IMG/VR virus record: IMGVR_UViG_3300031867_000006
Span: 64,001-128,000 of that record
DNA: 64,000 nucleotides
From: a virus
Taxonomy: Duplodnaviria > Caudoviricetes
Direction: 5' to 3' (one strand)
Every line of letters begins with the position of its first letter. The stretch's first letter is position 1. Below the pieces are notes generated by a model. It saw nothing but the letters and a program-made list of their open reading frames with translations. It did not search any database and had not been told where the DNA came from. Positions 59,202 to 64,000 of this stretch are shown here, piece by piece. Both the position numbers and the translations under genes were made by a program.

Positions 59202-60042
59202 TTATATTCTCCTTTCCTCCTACAATACACATTCTGTTTCTTGCTGCCTTTATTATAACGCCTACATAATAGACATTATTTTTCTCATCATAATCATTTC
59301 TACATTCTAAATCGAAATATATATGGTTTAGTATTATATTTCTCTTCCACTCTATGAATTCTTCTACATCTTGTTTTGCTATGCAAGAATTAGCCATTAA
59401 TACCATAATTTTATTCTTAGTATTATCAGCATTCATATCTACTAATACAATCTTCTTAGTTGGATCTTGGCAAGCCTCCATCATATTGTGTTCTAAAGCC
59501 TTAATATGATCTTCAGATAAGAAGAATGATAGATTCAAGAATACCACTTCCATATAAGTCATTCTACGATAGAATAAGCCTACATCATAACGCTGCATTG
59601 TATATGGATATTCCACACTTACATACTCAGACATATCTACACCAAATAGATTATGAATCTCATTAATATGATTCGCTATGAATATATTCGTATGTACTTC
59701 CACAGGCGCTTCTATAGAGAACTGATATTCTGGATATTGCTTAGTATTATATCGCTCTATGATATACTGATCTACATGATGTAATTCATGTAGTACTGTC
59801 ATGACTATATATTGCTTATAAATATTATAGTCTGTTGGACAATATCTAAATCCAGCCATTGGAAATATGTAAACTATCCCGGGTGCTATACAGCATCCAG
59901 CTTCATTAGTTATATAATTACCCCTCCAATCTATTATAAGTTTAGCCTTGATTATATTATTAATCTTACCATTATAATAATTAAATATATTTTTTATTAG
60001 CATTTCAATTTCATTCTGTTTTTCTATAATATCAAATTGCAT
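59194..60042 (-). CDS. HExxH motif (putative zinc metallopeptidase) protein
   Basis: VLHELHHVDQ...IE; early motif at 60070. Confidence 0.6.
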   Translation of the reverse strand: MQFDIIEKQNEIEMLIKNIFNYYNGKINNIIKAKLIIDWRGNYITNEAGCCIAPGIVYIFPMAGFRYCPTDYNIYKQYIVMTVLHELHHVDQYIIERYNTKQYPEYQFSIEAPVEVHTNIFIANHINEIHNLFGVDMSEYVSVEYPYTMQRYDVGLFYRRMTYMEVVFLNLSFFLSEDHIKALEHNMMEACQDPTKKIVLVDMNADNTKNKIMVLMANSCIAKQDVEEFIEWKRNIILNHIYFDLECRNDYDEKNNVYYVGVIIKAARNRMCIVGGKENING

Positions 60043-60131
60043 TTATATTATCCTCCTCTCTTACAGCTTTATAATATACAATTATAAGACATTTTATTAA
60101 TGAAGCTTAATTAACCCTTGGAGGTGATTAT

Positions 60132-60884
60132 ATGTATAAAGATGTAAACACGCCGGCGAATAGAATGACTCTATTGCTGAATCGAATAGAACGTAAATTG
60201 GGAACAATTACACTAGATCTTCCCGATAAGATTGGTAAGAATTACTGGCCTACGATAATTAAAGAAGAGAGCATCCCTACATTTAGTAGGTATTTCCCTT
60301 ATGCTATAACTATCATAGTCGATAGATCATGTAAGAAAGACGAATTCTATTTTATCGATAAGGATGTTCCTGCTGGAGCTACCATCCTAGGTGTACAAGA
60401 CGTAAACTGGGATATTTATAGAGCAAACTCTGGTTATGATAGGTTCGCATTCTTGCAGAATTATGGACCCGATCAGATAGCACTCACTCAGGCTGCTGCG
60501 GATTACACTAGCTTATTTAACTTAGGTATATTCCCAATATTTTTACCGCCCAATAAGATTAGGTTGGAAACAACTAACGGTAATATCTATAATAAGGCTT
60601 TCAATTTCCCTCTTAGGATATTTATCGAACATCCTGACAACTTGATGACCATTGCGCCTACAAAGATGGAGACATTTGAGCAGCTCTGTATGTGTGATGT
60701 TGCTATATTCCTCTATCATCAGCTTAAATACTACGATGAGGTTGACTCCTCATTCATAACCACATCATTAAAGCTTGATGTTCTGCAGGAGTATGCGAAT
60801 AAACGACCTGAAATAATTGAGCGGTTAGAAAACGCTTATGTATCACAGGCTAATGATGACCAACCATCTATGATTTGTCTATAA
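60132..60884 (+). CDS. probable virion neck/head-completion protein
   Basis: Late promoter at 60088-60099; N-terminal IERKLG pattern; function inferred. Confidence 0.45.
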   Translation: MYKDVNTPANRMTLLLNRIERKLGTITLDLPDKIGKNYWPTIIKEESIPTFSRYFPYAITIIVDRSCKKDEFYFIDKDVPAGATILGVQDVNWDIYRANSGYDRFAFLQNYGPDQIALTQAAADYTSLFNLGIFPIFLPPNKIRLETTNGNIYNKAFNFPLRIFIEHPDNLMTIAPTKMETFEQLCMCDVAIFLYHQLKYYDEVDSSFITTSLKLDVLQEYANKRPEIIERLENAYVSQANDDQPSMICL

Positions 60885-60914
60885 ATAAACTTATGCGGAG
60901 TAGGCTCAATTGGC

Positions 60915-61670
60915 CTACTCCACAATTCTGCACATTACTTTCTTTTTTCTTTCTTCAGCTCCTGTAGATGATAAGAATCCTTCTTTAAAATATAATTTAT
61001 TGGGACTATTTCTCTGTTGTCTTTCATGCTCTATATTGCCGTTTATATTCTGATAATTATATGGCACATAATGACTACCGATATAATTAAGCATAGTCAT
61101 CGCAGACAAACTCATGTTAAAATTCCTTATAAAATATAAGAACCCTAAGAATTTTTCGACTGGAACCATAAAACTCATAACTTCACTATTTACATAGAAA
61201 ATCACTCCAATTCGCTCGTATCCATCGCGGTCAGTGAATACAGTCGGTTCCATTGAAATATACCCATATCTGAAATTCACTCTTTCTGAGTACTGCCTAA
61301 CGGGTATGATTATATGGCCATCTTTTTTCGCAAACACATCTTGATCGCCAGTAAACCACTTCTCTACAATATCCAGCTTATGCAAAAAGAAATACATATC
61401 ATCTTGATATATCCTTAATTGATATCTTAATCCAGAACTATCTCTTTCAGAAGATTCTATCATTAAATAATATACATACCTTCTATTAATCGTTATAGCA
61501 AATCCATTCTTATTATTATATCCATATTCAGAAACATAATTTCTAATACGATCATCTGTATCTTTAACGTTTAATTCAACGCAAAATTTCATATGCCATT
61601 TTGTAGTAAAATAATATACATCATCTTGAATCTTATTATAATCATTATGATTTATCTTTCGACTCATCAT
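60915..61670 (-). CDS. hypothetical protein ending KKKVMCRIVE
   Basis: 251-aa ORF with GGAGG RBS. Confidence 0.75.
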   Translation of the reverse strand: MMSRKINHNDYNKIQDDVYYFTTKWHMKFCVELNVKDTDDRIRNYVSEYGYNNKNGFAITINRRYVYYLMIESSERDSSGLRYQLRIYQDDMYFFLHKLDIVEKWFTGDQDVFAKKDGHIIIPVRQYSERVNFRYGYISMEPTVFTDRDGYERIGVIFYVNSEVMSFMVPVEKFLGFLYFIRNFNMSLSAMTMLNYIGSHYVPYNYQNINGNIEHERQQRNSPNKLYFKEGFLSSTGAEERKKKVMCRIVE

Positions 61671-61813
61671 TCGTCCTCCATAATAAACTCCATTTACTCT
61701 AAAGTTTATTACTTAATAAAAAATAAAAATAATACCGGATTAATTGAGCCCTCACTAAGAGGGCCCTAATCCGGTTGAGTAATAACCAACAAATATTTGA
61801 CTGGGCTTACGTA

Positions 61814-63181
61814 TTATTTACGCTTACCCTTTCCTTTGTTTTTCTTTGACTGTGTCTTCTGCTGCTTTGCCGGTGTAACTGTTTCTTCCTTAGATGCTTC
61901 TGCTTTACAGTCATCGCAGTCACATCCATCATGATGTTCCACCGGTTTGCCGAATCTTCCAACCTGCATTCTATAACTCGGTCTACCATCCGGCATCGAT
62001 ATAGAAGTCGGGTCCATCAGAACTAAGATATCATCCTTATCCTTAGATGCAACCTTAAATGCAAGGCTATAGTTAGGATCTCCGCCCTGCTCTACAGACG
62101 GCATTGGAATCTCGATGAACTGCGGATTGTTGGGCCTGCACGTTGAATGCAGCTCTCTCATCTTTTCCTTAATGAAAGGACTCTGATGAGCCATATGCCA
62201 TAAGTTCTTCAGATTATCTCTGTTGAACTCATGTGTTCCGGGAATGAACTTATAGTTCTTCTCAAGTTCCCTTGTGATGTCCTTTAGATCTGAATTATTC
62301 AGATCGATCTTACCATGAACCACATTATTCTGCGCTATATTCGCAGCATTCTGCATAGCCTGAGCTGGCGTTGTAGGCGTAAGAGTCGGACCCTGCGGAG
62401 CCATCTGTTGTGGTGTTACAATCGTTGCTTGATGCTGTTGATTAACAAACCTACTAGCATCAAATCCTACAGGTGCAGGATTAGGCTCTGCAACTACCTG
62501 CTGACCAGGCTGCTGGAACTGCTTACGAAATTCCTCACTGTCTTCAGATCCCTTGATATCAGACTTAATATCTTTTACAATCTGATCTACAGTCTTAGCC
62601 GCTGCAGTTGTAGCTGCTGCCTGAATAGCTTCAGCTTTTTCGCTATCAGTCAACACCTTATCCTTAGAGTCGCCATCCTTGGCTTTATCTTTTCCGTCCT
62701 TGGATTCCTCTTTGGATTTAGCTTCCTTGCTATCTTTATCAGCATCCTTGCCTTTAGCTTTGGCATCGGCTTCGTTAAGCTTCTGCTGTTTCGCCTTCTT
62801 TTCTTCCTCTGACACTGCCTTGCGATCGATCTCGATATCTTTAATAATATCTTTAACGATATCGGTAAAGTTATCGATTTCAGCTACCTTGAGCATATTG
62901 AATAAACCGGCGAACGCTTCATAGTCTCCATGCTTATTTGCCATCGCCAGCTCGACATACTCCTTACCCATTCCGATGTCGAATTTGCCGTCATCATCAT
63001 ATATTCCTTCGATGATATCTTTAGCCATCTGCTCATCGTCGGAATCAATAAAGAACTGCATAGGTGAGCAAACACACGCAGATTCAAGAATCGCATTCCT
63101 TGCGAGCTCTTTACTATCAGATGAAAAGGTTACGTCCTTCGAAAAGGCATGTCCGTTCTTGATTACTAATTGCTTTGCCAT
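61814..63181 (-). CDS. hypothetical protein with charged and Gln/Pro-rich linkers
   Basis: 455-aa ORF, early motif at 63239. Confidence 0.75.
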   Translation of the reverse strand: MAKQLVIKNGHAFSKDVTFSSDSKELARNAILESACVCSPMQFFIDSDDEQMAKDIIEGIYDDDGKFDIGMGKEYVELAMANKHGDYEAFAGLFNMLKVAEIDNFTDIVKDIIKDIEIDRKAVSEEEKKAKQQKLNEADAKAKGKDADKDSKEAKSKEESKDGKDKAKDGDSKDKVLTDSEKAEAIQAAATTAAAKTVDQIVKDIKSDIKGSEDSEEFRKQFQQPGQQVVAEPNPAPVGFDASRFVNQQHQATIVTPQQMAPQGPTLTPTTPAQAMQNAANIAQNNVVHGKIDLNNSDLKDITRELEKNYKFIPGTHEFNRDNLKNLWHMAHQSPFIKEKMRELHSTCRPNNPQFIEIPMPSVEQGGDPNYSLAFKVASKDKDDILVLMDPTSISMPDGRPSYRMQVGRFGKPVEHHDGCDCDDCKAEASKEETVTPAKQQKTQSKKNKGKGKRK

Positions 63182-63273
63182 ATTTATATCCTCCTTATCA
63201 ATTGTAATCTATTTAACCATCTGGCTACTACTCAGATATATATTATACAATTGAAAATTTGGATAATACATAT

Positions 63274-64000
63274 TTATTCTTTATAGACTCTCATACACAT
63301 AACCTTCTTCTCTTTGTATTTCTTTTTAACCTTAAGGAACTGCTCTTCTATCTCTACATCAGATAGAGGTACATCCTTACAGGTTTTAGCATACTGTGAG
63401 AATACTGGTTTCTTAACCTTATAGTACTTCTTAGTAAAGTAGAATCCATTATCTACAATATCTATATAGAATGTATTATCGGCACGGCAACGACCAAGTG
63501 TCTGTCTGGCCAATACAGATGATCTAAATGGCTCAGCTAAGTTTATAGTACATTTAAGATCCGCTATATCTTGGGCTGCACCACATGACTTAGTAGTGGA
63601 TAAGATAATCTTTTTATATAGATTATACTCCTTATCTTCTTTATCAACTATAGATGTATATACACCCACATGGCGTTCTAAGAATGGGAAGTTCTCTACT
63701 ATATATTCGTATGTTTTCATTACACCTTCATTCATGCCTATATAGACAAGAATCTTACCATCCATATTCATCATCATATCTACTAATATGCAGACTATCT
63801 TATAATACACTTCTTTAGAAGTTATATATTTCACATATGCATTTCTATTGAATCCATATGCATTTGAGCAAGCCTGTATATCCAATGGTGTAGGATGAGA
63901 ATTAAAATGCATAGCTATATAGTTTACATGAGGATCTGAATTAGGATCAAATAGAGATATAGAAGGTACATTCTTGAAATACAACTGATATATTGCATTC
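63274..64000 (-). CDS. SF2 (UvsW-like) helicase, C-terminal part (starts beyond window)
   Basis: ILSTTKSCGAAQDI (motif V), QTLGRCR (motif VI), YIDIVD. Confidence 0.8.
   Translation of the reverse strand, partial: NAIYQLYFKNVPSISLFDPNSDPHVNYIAMHFNSHPTPLDIQACSNAYGFNRNAYVKYITSKEVYYKIVCILVDMMMNMDGKILVYIGMNEGVMKTYEYIVENFPFLERHVGVYTSIVDKEDKEYNLYKKIILSTTKSCGAAQDIADLKCTINLAEPFRSSVLARQTLGRCRADNTFYIDIVDNGFYFTKKYYKVKKPVFSQYAKTCKDVPLSDVEIEEQFLKVKKKYKEKKVMCMRVYKE

Noticed and set aside
1-64000. Stop-codon reassignment or tRNA genes
   Set aside because: Genes are long and densely packed under the standard code, all three stops terminate genes, and no cloverleaf was recognised by eye

Overview
AT-rich 64 kb segment of a jumbo myophage of the AR9/PBS1/phiKZ-related type, probably infecting a Firmicute (strong GGAGG Shine-Dalgarno sites; standard genetic code). 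Core genes: major capsid protein, prohead protease, a phage RNA polymerase beta' subunit split by a 326-nt group I intron, primase, SF2 helicase, GroEL-like chaperonin, baseplate-type proteins and a free-standing HNH endonuclease. Accessory genes: an RtcB/PrfH pair, AAA+ ATPase, radical SAM enzyme, sigma4-alphaCTD fusion and a paralog cluster. Two non-coding-scale systems stand out. (1) A lone Cas7/RAMP-like gene (6652-7290) is followed directly by a 544-bp array that parses exactly into 92 pentamers (mostly GYNNN on the sense strand) and 14 punctuating hexamers, giving 31/36/41-nt units; this is a candidate RNA-guided system with a gapped guide code. (2) An array of 12 apparently silent 133-178 bp cassettes (28253-30077), joined at CGGCG, each encodes a different 'WWxR...YG' variable segment of the type seen in C-type-lectin-fold receptor-binding proteins; two solo copies lie at 7369 and 10186. 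This is a candidate cassette-swapping host-range diversification system distinct from a DGR. Also seen: a shared C-terminal K-x-MC-R-I-V peptide on unrelated proteins, two phage promoter classes and a CCTAGG hairpin terminator family. All product calls come from motif recognition by eye; no database searches were run.
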